A stretch of DNA of 64,000 nucleotides. Source: Octopus bimaculoides (Eukaryota). Where the stretch lies: NCBI RefSeq assembly GCF_001194135.2, contig NC_068982.1:114116906-114180905 (forward strand). Direction: 5' to 3'. The position numbers and the translations under genes were made by a program. Positions 1 through 14,154 of the stretch are shown here, piece after piece. Positions within the stretch are counted from its first letter, which is position 1. Each line of letters opens with the position of its first letter. The notes under the pieces are model-generated. The model saw only the letters and a list, made by a program, of their open reading frames with translations, searched no databases and had not been told where the DNA came from.

Positions 1-198
1 CCCCCAACATCGCTTGACAACCGATACTGGTGTGTTTACGTCCCCGTAACTTAGCGGTTCGGCAAAAGAGACCGATAGAATAAGTACTAGGCTAACAAAG
101 AATAAGTCCTGGGGTCGATTTGCTCGACTAAAGGCGGTGCTCCAGCATGGCCGCAGTCAAATGACTGAAACAAGTAAAAGAGTAAAAGAGTAAAAGAG
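1..198 (+). mobile_element. SINE family A, 3' half (window starts inside it)
   Basis: Near-identical to 46020-46203, 39085-39265 and 27780-27975 (atcgcttgacaaccgat...gtccccgtaacttagcggttcggcaaaagagaccgatagaataagtac...aatgactgaaacaagtaaaaga); ends in (GTAAAAGA)n then (TA)n. Confidence 0.9.
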
Positions 199-199
199 T

Positions 200-232
<33 letters not shown>

Positions 233-289
233 CATGTATGTATGTATATATATGAATGTATATATGTAAATGCAGCAATAATGAATTTC

Positions 290-1320
290 CGGCTTTGATC
301 TCATTACGTTGTGTCTTGGGCAGGAGTCATTTGCCACAGCTTCGGATAGATCCAGGTTATATGAGTGAAATATCTGCATCTGCAAACTTCAAATTGATTC
401 TATCTATAATTCAAAGATACCTTATCACATATTGCTTTACGTTGATTCTTCTTGAGAATTAACTTATCTATACATGTTTCACTCCCTCGCGAAACCGACG
501 GAGGATTCGTGTATGCAGCTAAAAGATGTATTTATATCTGTATATTCCCACATATTTTTTATAGCATATTGTTTATATTTCAACATGTAGAAATTATGTT
601 ACTGTATCTCTCTCACAGCATATATACAATTAAGAGAGTGTGCTGCTGGTTTATGTTTGAGGATTGCTTCTTGAAGGAGGTATCTTGAATCATCACCTGT
701 TGATTTTCTCAGATGGATTCTACTTCAAATATTTACTTGAATAATTATATTAGTAGCACTCGTTATATTTTTGTTTATTTATGTAGACATGAAACCTGAG
801 TGTTTCGAGGGGAGATACGCGAGAGAACTTGTCTTGTTCATGCGAGTAGAGACCATGTCAACAAATTCATTCCCAGTGTCCATTCTCCAATTTTTTTTTT
901 TTTTTTGATATTTTGTTTTTCGCTAATCTGTTTCAGAAATAATGGGGTTAATATGGTACTGTGACACTCATTCTCATACTAGGAACATAAAAGGTACGAG
1001 TCCAACTCGAGTCTGTTATGAAACCAAATCTCCGTGGAGAAGCTTATCTGCTGTTGGAATGAGATAAGTTAACTGTTGAATTTATATTCTTAGAAAGGTT
1101 TCTAAAGATTTCAGATATTTCAGGATCTTCGGGGAATATTTTTAGAGATTTCAATAAATATAGAAGAGTTACATAAGTGACCTATTTTTATGTCGTGTTA
1201 AAGCGTTTTCTGGGGTTTTTTTCCAGTAGCATCGGGAAGATCCTCCCATTTCAACTCTCATTTGTCTCTCTCCTGAACTCAATATTTTTATCCACTCATA
1301 TCTGGATACTTCTAATTTAT
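290..1320 (-). pseudogene. Heavily decayed L1/Tx1-like reverse transcriptase relic
   Basis: Manual minus-strand translation with stops and frameshifts gives fragments in the expected order resembling 'KII...Q..F.PGRS', 'VSRG-VKQ' and 'KFAD'. Weak by-eye match. Confidence 0.3.
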
Positions 1321-1374
1321 ACAATTCAACATAAAGCTGTTATATAACTAATTTTAAAAAGTTACTGTAAAACA

Positions 1375-1500
1375 CATTACTATGCCGATGATGTAGCCAA
1401 GTTACTTTTCTCGGGATTGACGTCATTTATTCAAAGCATTTTGGAAAATCATAGAAAATGCAGTATGAGAGTGGGTGTAGTCTTCAAGCCAATTGGTGAA
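1375..1500 (+). pseudogene. Short LINE RT fragment (YADD motif, RTE/CR1-like)
   Basis: 1381-1500 reads YADDVAKLLFSGLTSFIQSILENHRKCSMRVGVVF, resembling 'YADD.....S...Q..L.......RVGL'. Confidence 0.35.
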
Positions 1501-2959
1501 AGTAATGATTATTGGTGAAAGTAATAGTTATATTCTACTCAGTTACTAGAGTTAGAAATGATGAGTCTATACAGAAATAGAGGAAATGTAATGTTGCTAA
1601 TTACGAATCATCAACATGTATAAGGTAAAATGCCCCAGAGGAGCATATTGTATTGTGAATAGAAATACAGTATGGAATACAAGTTGAAATAATTCAATTA
1701 TTTGACAAATCCTACAAAAAAGATGTACTATGCCACTACGTAAAAGATAACTACACTGCACGCTCTGATATGCAAGTCTAAACTATGTAGAGTACAGTAT
1801 GGCAGTCTGTAGACGTTGTCTACTCTCTCTCTCTCTCATGTCTAAGGTATTTTTGATGCTGTTGTTCTTTAACCCCAGGTCAGCTGTTATAAAGAAACTA
1901 AATGTTTGACAAGCTCGTCGTATTTTTTTTAAATGCTGTATCTTGGACTACATTGTCCAAGACTCTGAGATATGAGCTGAGAAAGATTTAACTGCTGTTT
2001 CTAGGAAGCCAAGTAGTCGCGTAGGGACTTCCTTGCTGCTTCACCTAAATACCTGATTTTGTTCTTCAGTTTCAGATCAGTCACGATAGAACAGATCTAT
2101 CGTCAAAGGTTTTCTGACTCGACAATCTCATCTTTCTTGAACGTACATTATCGAAATATATTTTCATTTTTTAAGGTAAATTTGGCTACTAATTCTAGTA
2201 GGTAGAAGGACCAGGTAGAAAATCTCTTTAGCTTTCGGTTCTATTTATCAGTAAATGCCGTTGGAAGCAACAGTTGAGGCGGGCAAAGTGGTCTGGGTTA
2301 GAGCATGATAACGATGTTGACGTCTTAAACATAGATGACTATTCTGGATAAAGTGTAGTCATAAGTTACTGGTAGATTGAATCAAACTAAATTAAGCTAT
2401 CATGCTAATAATTTGGCAACTCATTCTTGTTTTATAGGATTGCTTACGAAGGAAGCTGACTAACAAGTAATTGTACGACCATTTACAGAACGCAATACAC
2501 AAAATTCATGGAAAAAACTTCATACACTGCCAAATATGATTTACTTATAATTACATAATGCAACTAGTAGGCTATAGTTATTTTGAATTAAAACATTAAC
2601 CATGCATTGTAAAATACGATATACGCAATTTTTTGTTTTAGAGTTTAAACTGTGTTATGCAAAAAAATTAGCGACTTGCTTCGTTTCGATATGGACCAAC
2701 AAGACCCCGGTGTGGACCACTGGTGGTCCACTTCGTCCACGTTGGGTTAAGATACAGGAAAATTTTATCTGGAGGATTCTGATACGTTTTTGATAGAGAG
2801 TGATATGTTTCCAGTGCAACGATACAATGTGCAACAGCAGAATACACAGAAGGTTTGCAGGTTTAGACTTGCGCTGAGGCTATACTTGAAATTAGATTAC
2901 ATTGATAAAGCTTGAAGAAGATTCTAGCGAGAATATATTCCAATAATTCCAGAATATTT

Positions 2960-4520
2960 TACCTAAGTTTATGTGTGAAGATTCATATCATTATCGACTA
3001 AGCACGTAAAAAGTTCTTTCTGAAGGTTGTACAATGTTACATGGATTAGCGCGAATCCAGCTAAAGTCGTCTTAATCTTATGTAACTTAATGGGATAAGT
3101 GTTAACACTGATGGCATTAAGTCCATCTGTTAATGGAATAGCTGATAATTGCTTTATTATCGATATTACATATGATGTCAATCATATATTACGTTAACTC
3201 AAGACTATTCACTTGCAAGTAAGAAATAACCAGCTTCCGAGGTCGTTTCAGTAGGTGTAAAATTTTAATTTTCTTTCTGATTTTGAGAAGCTCATTTTCG
3301 AAATCGTTGCTGAAAAGAATTAGTTACATACCCAAGTGTCCCGTAAGTTGTAAGCATAAACTATTGTTCGGGTCATGTAACACAAGATGTTTGAATAATT
3401 CCCTTTAGAGATTATTAATACAATAAAAATCCTAACATTTGCTGGGAAACTGATTTTTCTCTGTTTTATGCAATTTGTGTCTCTCTGACCCAGATTATTA
3501 TGTCTTGTCAATTATTCTTGTATTTTAATGCTTTCACATGAATATCGTGCCAGTATTTTCATATTATGAATATTTTGCTCTCCATATCATAGTAACTTCT
3601 TCATTTTTATTCCCAACCTTATTTTTCACGGGTTCCATTGTAAAAGGTTTTGAGTTGGACATCATGTACCATTAGCAGATTACATAGGAATAAGATTTTC
3701 GGAGGGTTGCTTTGATTTTGAAGACATCCTCGGTGTTAATTCCCAGACTCTGCATCAGTTGTCGCATCTAGGTGTTTTAATTCTGTCTATATCTCTTTTG
3801 CGCATCAGATACTTTATTTCTTGCTCTTGTATCTCGTAAACTTACCCTTTAAACTGGAAGCTAAAATTCCAGTTTTTTTGTCCAACATAGATTATATTGT
3901 CATCCATGTTGCTGTCATTTCAAAGCTCTCTAAAGGCAAAGCCATGTACGATATTCTGTTGATATGAATACAGTTTTTCATCTTATATAGCCTATTTCTA
4001 TACTACTGTGTACAATTGTGCAACTTCTGAGGTTGTATCCCTAGTTATAGTTTCCTAGAGGCTTCTGTCCAACTCTCATGATGTGTTCTCCCTGACTTAT
4101 GCATGTTCTCTGTATATAAGTTAGAAGAGGTCGTCTAAGGAATACCATACGAAATTCGAAGGCCGCTTGAATCGATGTTAAGCTTCTTTCAATGAATTTT
4201 GAATGCGGATTTTTAACTGTTGATAGGAAAGTTCTAGTGTTGGTGAATAGTTTTTGGATTCGCACATCAGTAGCGCAGAATTCACATAGCGTCTACACCA
4301 AGAACCAAATTGTTGTTACGAATACAGGAAAAATGTTGTGCAATTCTGATTTATTGCTTACATAGAGTTTTGAAGAATTTACTTTGTAATCCGGCTGTAA
4401 TATTCTCTGGATACACGTTCTTTATTTTATCATACGAGGGATTTCATCCATCCTTACTTATCTGAATCATTCCCCAAAAGATTTCGGAGAATATTCGGAT
4501 CATTCAGAAAAGATGTAGTT
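2960..4520 (-). pseudogene. Decayed L1-clade RT relic
   Basis: Minus-strand fragments in order: 'PLGNY', 'HGF...', 'SDAQK../DIDRI' (DAEKAFDRI-like), 'QLMQSLGI..KIKATL', 'SKPF'. Many stops and frameshifts. Confidence 0.4.
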
Positions 4521-4996
4521 AGACTGGTTTGTAGTTCTACCTCGTTTTACAACGTAGTAAGAACATTTATCATGGCTAGGCTCCATTCCTATATCATTGA
4601 GAATATTGCAGCATGGTTAATGCTTAGCATATACTTTCAGATTGTTTACAAGGCAGCAATGTGTTTGACTGATGTTTCTGTCTTCATTTGAGCCAAATAC
4701 AGACATCAGAGTGACCTTTTCCTGGGAGTATGCATTAACAAAAGCTGAGGGTGCTTCACTCCCAGTACGTTGGACACCAATCCGGAATTTCTGACTGCTC
4801 GTGCTATTGCTAGATAGTGGTTGAACATATCCAGGGTTCATCCATCCTTTCGACCAGACTCGTTGTTACTCATTCTGGATTTCTAACAACCCTCCTCACC
4901 AGGCTAGCCTAGTAGAGATGACGCTTGAACTGCTGACGACCCGACCATGCACCAGATTGTACTGAATTCCATGTTATTAGTAGTATACATGGCCTG

Positions 4997-5050
<54 letters not shown>

Positions 5051-6433
5051 ACACACACAGAGAAATATATACGCACACACACATGCACACATCTCTCAGA
5101 AACAATCGATATGCGGAATAGTGAAAATATCAAATACTTTACTCAAGTTCAACAGGTAACATTTCTCATTTATGTTGCTCATATCCCACTGTCGTAGTGC
5201 TATTTCTTTGTTATAAACCAGCTCCTTCCGTGTAAAAAGAATTCAAATAATTAAAAGGAAAAAAAGAACTACATATATACATGCCTGGGTCCCAATATTG
5301 CATACATCCTCAGTTATTGTTTACTCCCACAGTGTCCCTAATCGAGCAGACCTGCTATCAAAGACGTTCTAGTCATGATAATCCCATTTTTAAAATTTCT
5401 ACAGAGAATCCAGGAACACATTGTTCAACGTGTCTTTCCTTAGGTGATAGGACTAGATTTCAGAGCAATTCAGTTCTTATTTCTCAGAAGCTCCTTTCGT
5501 TGGCTCCGCATATTCGCTCATTGACTGTCACAAACACACCTGCTCACCCAGTTGATTAATTTGAACATTCTAACTACAATAATTAGAAGAGAGTCGCTAA
5601 AATAAGGAGACAGTTAAATCACGAATGAGGAGTTTTACAAAGCCACAAAAAACGGCGTGAATACAGACGATTTTTATCTTTACGATACCTAATTCTCCTT
5701 AAGTCTCCTAAATACAACTAGGCGAAACAAAATAAAGAAAACAGAAAACAAATTAATATGAATTATCTGTACTAGTTTGTTGGTTTTAGAGCTTAATTTC
5801 TATTCGTTATTTCATAATAATTTCTTCCGCTACCTTATTTGATAACCATCTTTAGATAATGTTTAGGTAATACTTCACATGGCGGCTCATTTTAGTGTCA
5901 AGCATTGTCGTTAGAAAATAGATGTTAGTGATGGTTTGCCTCAATGCATAAATCAGATAGGAAAATATTAAAGAATATATTCTAACAAATAGAAAGCTAT
6001 AATTATAGAGAAGACATGAAAGCAAACAAAAAAAAAAAAACTTCTTCATGTTGTTGTGGCTTAGCGCCCAGGTCAACCCTTACCGAGTAGGCAAATGATC
6101 AAAGGCTTATGGTTGAGGAGTCGTGAAGTGTTGTGTATGTAACCGAATAAAATCTAATGTATATAGGTTATGAATCGGTTTATAGAAAAAAATGTAAATC
6201 GATTTATTTGGTTATGCATGCAGTACACTACTTTCCACAGTTATTTCTAATTTTTTTTCTATGATAGATGGTCTTACTCGAAACTGTACATCTTAAACAA
6301 AAGTAACAGAGATCATGAAGAAAACGCACTTTTACACACGCACAAAAACATGAATAAATTATTTCGAACTAAAACATGAAATACATGCACACACATATGT
6401 ATGTACATATGAACCAGTTACCTTAAGCATATA

Positions 6434-6469
<36 letters not shown>

Positions 6470-7268
6470 TGTATGCATGCATGCACACTTGTATTTACTT
6501 ATTCATATATTTATATCTTAGTGCTAAAAAATATAATAGCGCCAAGAATCGGGAACAGACGTATCAAACTGCACTCTTTCTTGACGAAGAAATTAATCTG
6601 AAACGTGAGAAACGTACTCTTACAAGGGAATAAGTTATGTAATTTTACTTAGATATAGCAATACCTATTACTTTTGTTTACGATGCAGACCATAATCATA
6701 TCAATCGTTCTCTCTATCGATCAATATACAGCACACTCAACCTTTAAGACAAAGTCCTAACTATGCTAGGGTAAACCTGTCTACACTGAATGGATACTTC
6801 ACAATAGACACTCAAATATTTCACTGTCGTACTAAAGAATGCTTTCAAATTTATTGGTGTTGGTAATCCGAAAACTTTCACTATCAACAGCTTGTAATAC
6901 AGGAGATAAGGTGCTGCAGCAATAGTTCTCTATATACTATACGTAAACCACAGCTCCTGACAACTCAGAACGATTCTACAACCGACAGAGAATTCTATGG
7001 ATTGCATCGCATTCCCATGACTCAAAACACACACGCTCTAGACAGAAGCTCTCAGCACTTGACTGTCAGTAACTTGAACACACTCCTAGAAACTTCTACA
7101 AGCGCTATCACATTTGACGAGTTTCAGGTTTTCAAAAGACATGCGCAAACACCTTGTATCACTAGCGTTAGGGAAAATACAGGATACCAATAACTGAATG
7201 ATTGGACACGTATAACGAACAAAGTTACTGCTCACAAAATGCAAGGCTAAAAAGTACACACGGTGCGA

Positions 7269-7269
7269 G

Positions 7270-7334
<65 letters not shown>
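7269..7334. repeat. (GT)n microsatellite (one of many CA/GT, TA, TACA and GA tracts in the window)
   Basis: Directly visible; similar tracts at ~4998-5060, 12405-12470, 27680-27750, 36290-36365, 39040-39080, 44635-44709, 44933-44975. Confidence 0.98.
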
Positions 7335-7342
<8 letters not shown>

Positions 7343-9060
7343 TTTATGTACTTCTGGATTAGCGAGTGTTTACTTTACAAATAGAGAAAAACGTAATCAA
7401 CGAATAGGATGGAAGCGAATTTTGTTTCACGTTTGTAATCGAATTATTCGAAGTGTGCTTGTTTGAAATGGAAGGAAGTTTGTGCTGGGTATATTAGGAT
7501 GGAAATGAGCCTCACCAGATCCAGTGTGTTATGATAATGACCATGAAATTACTGTCGAAAGGCCAGTGTTAAAGTTTTGCACTTTCTTCGTTGAATCTAG
7601 AAATAATAGTCAATGCTGATTTTATTGTTATTTCCTTTCATTATTATAGTGCAGATGTATATATTATTTAATATCATTTGCGAAATAGCTATTTCAATAT
7701 TGTGAGACTGACGCGGGGGTTTCTATGTAGTGGCTAGGTGCGCTAGAAAACGTAACTAAATCTCCCTCAAACTACATTCTACTGTATAGAATAAAAAGAT
7801 ACATTGTTTAATGTGATCTCACATACTCTTAAAAAACAGGGTGGTCCTGGATGGATTATCTTTGAGGATAGGTTTGCTCAATCATAACTAATCTAAACCT
7901 GAACAACCGCAACGATATAAATAAAGTTAAAGAATATAAGCAAAATATATACGATATTTAGTAGTGTTCATAAACATTTATTGATACAAGTCATAACGAG
8001 CATGAAAGAGCAGAATACAGCTAATATTTTCAATGCGAAATACCAAAAGAATAAAATATTTTAGATAGTATAATGAATACAATAGCTTCTCAATTTCAAA
8101 AGATGAAAAGTTTCTGTTAGCCAGCGACAAAAGCATATATGATTTGGTTTATAAGGGAAGAATCTCTGAGAAACCCTTTGTATATTCTATGTATTGGAAA
8201 GGTACAAATATTTTACACGAGATGTATTTGGTATTCACCAAGCATTGTGTTTCATTTGACGCCATTTTCTTTTATTCTAGTAACACATTACATATAACAA
8301 GTTTATGGAAACGAAACCACGCTTCAGGAAGCATCCCAGGCGTGGGACATTCCAGTAAAATGTAGTTTTTCCTGCTTCTAACTTTATGTGTTGATAGCTT
8401 TGCGAGTTAGTTTTTAATTCGATAATCTTTTGTATCGGCTCTACTTAACTATTGATGGAAGAACACTTTGTTCCGACTGTTGTAGGAAGAGTCAAAGTAT
8501 GAACAAAGCAAAAGAAACCATCAAAAATACATTAGAGATATAGGGTGAAGCTAAAGAAATAAACCATCATGAATTACAGGTTTATATTTATGTAATTCTC
8601 AATAGAACATATTAATTTTTGTTTACTACGTAAGATTAGAAACTTAGGCTTTCGTAGAGATAACATGTTAACAAATGACTGATTATCTGCCTGTTGGATG
8701 GGAAACAGAATATAACTTTTTGTTACACTATCTATGACAAACTTTAAACTTTTAAACTGCTATAAATTAGATATCTTAGTTTTAACTACACAACAAAATT
8801 ATGTTTAATACTTTGCTTAAGTGAATTCTGAATTCAGAATTCAAACCAATTTTGCATTATAGGTGTAACAGATATATTTGTACTACAATAAAAGACTGTT
8901 TCAGCTTAACACGAAAGCTCCAATATGTGTTCTACTACACAATTGTTATTCAGTTTAGCAATATTCAGGAATAACATTATTGTAATTAGTCGAATCTATA
9001 ATTACAAAAACAATATGTAAACAAACCAAAGACTATTATAGCNNNNNNNNNNCACATAAG

Positions 9061-9214
9061 CTCAATACTTCCATCAAATCAACATTACCTGTACAGATGC
9101 ACCGTGTGCCATATGTCATGACGAAATGATCACAGAGCAACATGAAATGAAGTATTTTGCTCAAAAACACAGCGAAACGTCCGGTACAGAAATGTAGCCC
9201 ACTATCTCGCAATT
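9061..9214 (+). other. Candidate (pseudo)exon with RING-like CxxC start
   Basis: AG at 9059-60 and GTGAGT at 9215; reads QYFHQINITCTDAPCAICHDEMITEQHEMKYFAQKHSETSGTEM with in-frame TAG at 9195. The upstream acceptor region falls in an N gap. Confidence 0.2.
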
Positions 9215-9270
9215 GTGAGTGCAATACCTAACCACTAAGTCATGCACCTTCACACACACACACACACACA

Positions 9271-9308
<38 letters not shown>

Positions 9309-9829
9309 GATATATGTATATACATCTAGATATATACGCATATATATGTACATATATGTGTGTAAATGTATGTGTATGTATATATATTATGTAGATATAA
9401 GTGTGTGTGTGTGCGCGCGTGTGTTTGTATGTAATGTATGTATAGGTTGATAATAATTTCGAAGTTTCGCTAAACATTGCTTTTCAAACTGCGTTGGAAA
9501 ACAGAACCCGCAATGCTGACGCAGGTAAATGGTACAATAAGTAGAACACATTTGTTGAAATAAATAAGCTTCAATCATCCATAAAGGATGAGAAACCAAC
9601 ATTGAGAGCTGAGTTATATTCAATATACGATTGAAGCTAATAGAGAGATGACATTTTGAAAGTTTACCTACAAACCTCTGATAGAGTCCAAGGACTTGGA
9701 AACAGCTTGCTTGTGCAAATACAGTCGAAAACTCCGCATACCAGATGCCAGCTTTAAGGGGTCATCAGAAAAGAATGCGCACCGTTTCGGGGGGTCTACC
9801 TCGTGAAAGCTTTACATCGCAGCGCTCCT

Positions 9830-10925
9830 CCTTTCACTGGTTTCCCCCACCTACTGATTCGACTGACTAATATTCAACCTGGAGAGTATTACTTCTTCAA
9901 CCAGATTTCATCGTTCTCTTTCAGCCATATTCTATGGCTTGCTCCCTCAAATCTCGCCGGGATCTCTTTTAGCGAGAAGTATCCTTGCCGACGTCTGCAG
10001 TATCCTTTCAATCTGGTTCCATTGAAGCCTCTTCAACCAACTTCTAATGGAAAGTGTACTACACTCCAACCCGCATCTATGCAGTCTTGCAGCAGCTTCT
10101 TATAACTCTTGTCTTTCCTAATCTGGGCTGCATTTTCGTGTGGGACGTTTAGTAACCAACGTTCCTTACACCATATTGTCATATCTGGCCTCTTCCTGAT
10201 TGGTATTGGGAAAGGCGTTCACACCCTAAAAGATCTACTACTCCGTCTCAAGCTCCATACAAAGTCTCGCCATTCACAGTTTTCTCATGTTCTGAGTAAC
10301 CGTTTTGACCTTAACAGACAAAAATTATAAACCGTTTGCTGCTATCCTTCTGCAGTTTCCTGCCATCATCGATCATTTCCATCTGCTTCTTTTCGGTACT
10401 AGAGAGAATGTTGAGGACCTCACTGTATCTCCTAGTATGTCTTTCCAACGTCATTGAGCAGTTAGAATATGCTTCAGTATGCTGACTTTTCCGCATCTTG
10501 CATTTTCCGCCATTCTCTATTTTCCACTTCAGCAAATTGCGTGGGGATGGCAGTACATCATAGGTGGTTTGAAGAAGAAAGCTCAACCGTAATGTGCTTC
10601 ATCTCCAGATCTCATTCCAATCCACCTTCCTTTCAACAACCTCTACTTCTCACTCGGTCATCTGACCTTCCTTTACGTCTGCTTCTCTAACTTTAATACA
10701 ACCACTAACAGCGACTCTGCGCTCCTTCTGGGTCATCGTCGAAAACGGTTTAAATAGATTACAGCCAATACTTTTCCGGCTTTTATGAATTTCTCCCGCT
10801 ATATATCAATGTTCAAATAATGCTACTATGCCATCAGTTTCTTTCTCTGCACACCATTTTCTTGCAGTTTTGACATCTGGTGAATTGATCTGTATTTCTC
10901 TGTTTTCGGTCTCCCTCAGCATTAT
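9830..10925 (-). mobile_element. HERO/R2-superfamily non-LTR retrotransposon, 3' part (zinc knuckle plus restriction-like endonuclease), degenerate
   Basis: Minus translation gives 'RKWCA', 'ERKVDWNEIW', 'SFLLQTTYDVLPSPRNL', 'RPDMTIW..VPHENA..RKDKSYKKL..C..AGW..FPLEVG*RGF..ASHRIWLKE', the typical HERO-type RLE C-terminus. Confidence 0.8.
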
Positions 10926-11249
10926 GAACGTTCACTTCATTCCAGGTTTAACGTTTTGAAATATCTTTAGCATTTCATATTATTAGCGAAGCTCAATTAA
11001 AAATCAAGTTCCTTACTCTTATTGTGAACCTTAACAAATCATAATATGCATCCTATAAAAGTAAATAAATAGTATAATAATAATTAATAATATTTTGTAA
11101 GTTAACAGACCACACGAAAAGTATTCTAAAGAATTTAGTTTAAAATGTGTCCTTCAAACTATCTACTTCACCTTCTAGTGAGCGGCTTTCTGGTGAAACA
11201 GCGAACGAACTGAACATATAATATATACCTTGAACGTATTATCAAGTCC

Positions 11250-12100
11250 CATTAAATGTTGAAAGATGCAGACAGAGTAGTATAATCAACACTTTGACAG
11301 TAACGTATATGCATTAGCTACCGCTAGTTCTATAGAAACATTGCACGTCAAGTCAGAAATACCATAAGCCTCTTCAGCGAAAAATATTAAAACCTTTTAT
11401 TCGACCACGTACAATTTTACACAGACACTTGATAATTCCGATCTTTCCAAATTAAAAGAAAACGTTCAACTACCAAAATACTCCAAATTATAACTGTATA
11501 AGCATCACTGTCCGGCCATTCTTAGGAAATTGCAAGTCAAATGCACCAGTCTATTATGCTACACTAAACACTGACTCGAATGCCCTATCATGTATAGATC
11601 TGATTAATTCTTTAAAAATAAATTTTATCATTCACACATTTACGAACTTGATCAGAAAAGTCAATACCGCACTTCCCTTTATATATTTACTGGATTTTTT
11701 TTATTAAACAGTATAATCAAAAATTAGTGTTAGTTCTATATCTTGGAATCATATGGAATCCGATTCTCCAATGTCCATGTACTCAATTAAAATTAGTTTC
11801 ATCTTTTGGATACAAGATTGCTAGACTTTTAGACACTTTAAGCCAGTTATATCTGCAAATAGAACATAATTGTTTCTTATAATTTATCACATAAGCCAAC
11901 AATACTTTTTAATATATTGGTAAAAATTTAATAGCCTTTTTATCCGATCATTTCTTTTCATATTACAAACAAATAGATAATCAATTCTTCCAACATAGCA
12001 TTCATCACCACCCACAATGTATTACTATAACTGATAGGGGCTTCTCAATCAATATGGCTCCTCAACTTGGTAAAATTTCAACATCCTATAAAACGAGAAT
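11250..12100 (-). pseudogene. Possible piggyBac transposase relic
   Basis: Minus frames give 'YIKGKCGIDFSDQV' (YN..K.G.D..DQ-like) and later 'AVANAYTL'. Very decayed. Confidence 0.3.
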
Positions 12101-12584
12101 TTTGACCTTAATAAAACGTCATCTTTTACTACATTCAAATCAAGATCCAATGTGTGTTCATTTTGAATCATTTTAAAATGATTTAAATAGCAGGAGGTTG
12201 AGTATTTAAATATTCAAACCATTGCTAATAAATTATTATTAAACAATAATTCCATTAATTTTCTTTTTATGAGTGTCTTTTGCATTTATTTTAGACGTTC
12301 AATGTTTTTGCATGTTTTAATTTCAATTTGTTCTACTAGTGAATTCTACAAATTAACTACTATAAATAATATTGATATCTAATCCATATCTAATACTGGT
12401 TTGTATACACACACACATACACACACACATACACACACACATACACACACACATGTACACACACATATGCACACGCGCCGCACGCATGTTCGTACATTTA
12501 GATATACATTACATTACATGCATTACGTAACATACATACATTCATATATACGTTCATACAAACATACATACATACATACATACA

Positions 12585-12900
12585 TTTGGACCTCAGAACT
12601 CTCTACATTCAATAAAACAGTAGCCTACAATGTGTTTGAAGTGCCAGTACTCATACCAACATTTGGGTTGTTTGATTGGATGCTTGATGAGATCCGAGCC
12701 ATTGATGTGAAAACCCGAAAAATGCTAACACATAATTTCCACATAAACAGTGATGTACACCGCCTCTACCTAAAGCGAAAACAAGGCAGCAGAGGCTAAC
12801 ATCGATCAAAAATGCCTTTGAATGTCGTATCATATCCCTTCGGCAACATCTTTAAACTACCAAGTGTCGAAGTGCATCCTTTGACCAAGTTTGCATACAT
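12585..12900 (+). mobile_element. R4/Dong-like non-LTR RT fragment
   Basis: ORF 12401..12799 C-terminal part: NKTVAYNVFEVPVLIPTFGLFDWMLDEIRAIDVKTRKMLTHNFHINSDVHRLYLKRKQGSRG, matching the R4-type 'LDRKTRK.LT...H..DV.RLY..R..GGRG'. Confidence 0.75.
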
Positions 12901-14154
12901 GTGGCTGATAACATTATTTAAACATATATATGAGCATATCTAGATATGCAACAATATGCATGAGAATACATACATAAAACAAAACATACAAATCTGCACA
13001 TATACATATAAACAAACATACTTACAAAAATACCTTGTTGTTGATGTTGAAATTCCAATGAAGGAGCCTTTGATCTAGGTTAGAAACCGGCTCTTTCTCT
13101 ATTGGCAAGGAATCTTAAATAAAACTGAACAATGACACGCATACATACACACACACATACATATATACACATTAGATATACTAATCTCACCTCCTAGATA
13201 TTTTTGTAATCTGAAGATATTATCTCTGTCATCTTATACAGCTAAATATGCCCAACATATTTATTAGATGAACATTTCAGTTTTATAATTATTTTTAATT
13301 TCACCCTCTGGGGCCTTTTCTTTCCCATATACTCTTAATACCACCTAAATGTAATTATTTAGCTATTTTTTATAATATCGTATGCTTATTCTGTTTCAGT
13401 TTTACGTATCTATATATAGGCAGAAAATCTATAGATACATCTACAAGAGATTTTGTATGTCATCTTGTGTTTACCTCAAGTGTTGCGGGTTTTTTTTAAA
13501 CAAAACAAAACTTTTGCTTTTTATATTTCAATAACAGTTCTGTTCTATATATATTAAAAATTGTCCTTGAGTGACAACTGGCAATTTTCCCATACTGTAT
13601 TTATCCGAACCTGTCATTATATTTCATTATATGAAAGCCTTGCTTTCTATAACTTGCAAATTTTGTTGTTTTCTTACATCATAAATTCAACAAAAGTATA
13701 TGACTGTTAATTCGATTGATCGTTCTCCACTACTACCTATATATNNNNNNNNNNNNNNNNNNNNNNNNNNNNNNNNNNNNNNNNNNNNNNNNNNNNNNNN
13801 NNNNNNNNNNNNNNNNNNNNNNNNNNNNNNNNNNNNNNNNNNNNNNNNNNNNNNNNNNNNNNNNNNNNNNNNNNNNNNNNNNNNNNNNNNNNNNNNNNNN
13901 NNNNNNNNNNNNNNNNNNNNNNNNNNNNNNNNNNNNNNNNNNNNNNNNNNNNNNNNNNNNNNNNNNNNNNNNNNNNNNNNNNNNNNNNNNNNNGAACTGA
14001 ACCCGAAACCACGTGATTGCAAAGCACCTATATCTGTTCCTATATATATATAAAGCTAAATCAAGGATATAAATCCTCTTAAAGAGCTGTCAGCATCCCA
14101 GTTCCTCGGTTATATCCAGTGTATCGGAAAAAACCCAAAGATGCTAGCTTAGTA

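Noticed and set aside
2712-2731. gtggaccac-tg-gtggtccac palindrome
   Set aside because: It resembles subterminal motifs of DNA-transposon remnants, but no partner end or TSD was found.
4560-4970. GC-richer coding-like block containing ctgacga
   Set aside because: Only vague similarity to RTE or GIY-YIG motifs; no frame gives a convincing assignment and there is no hammerhead 3' half.
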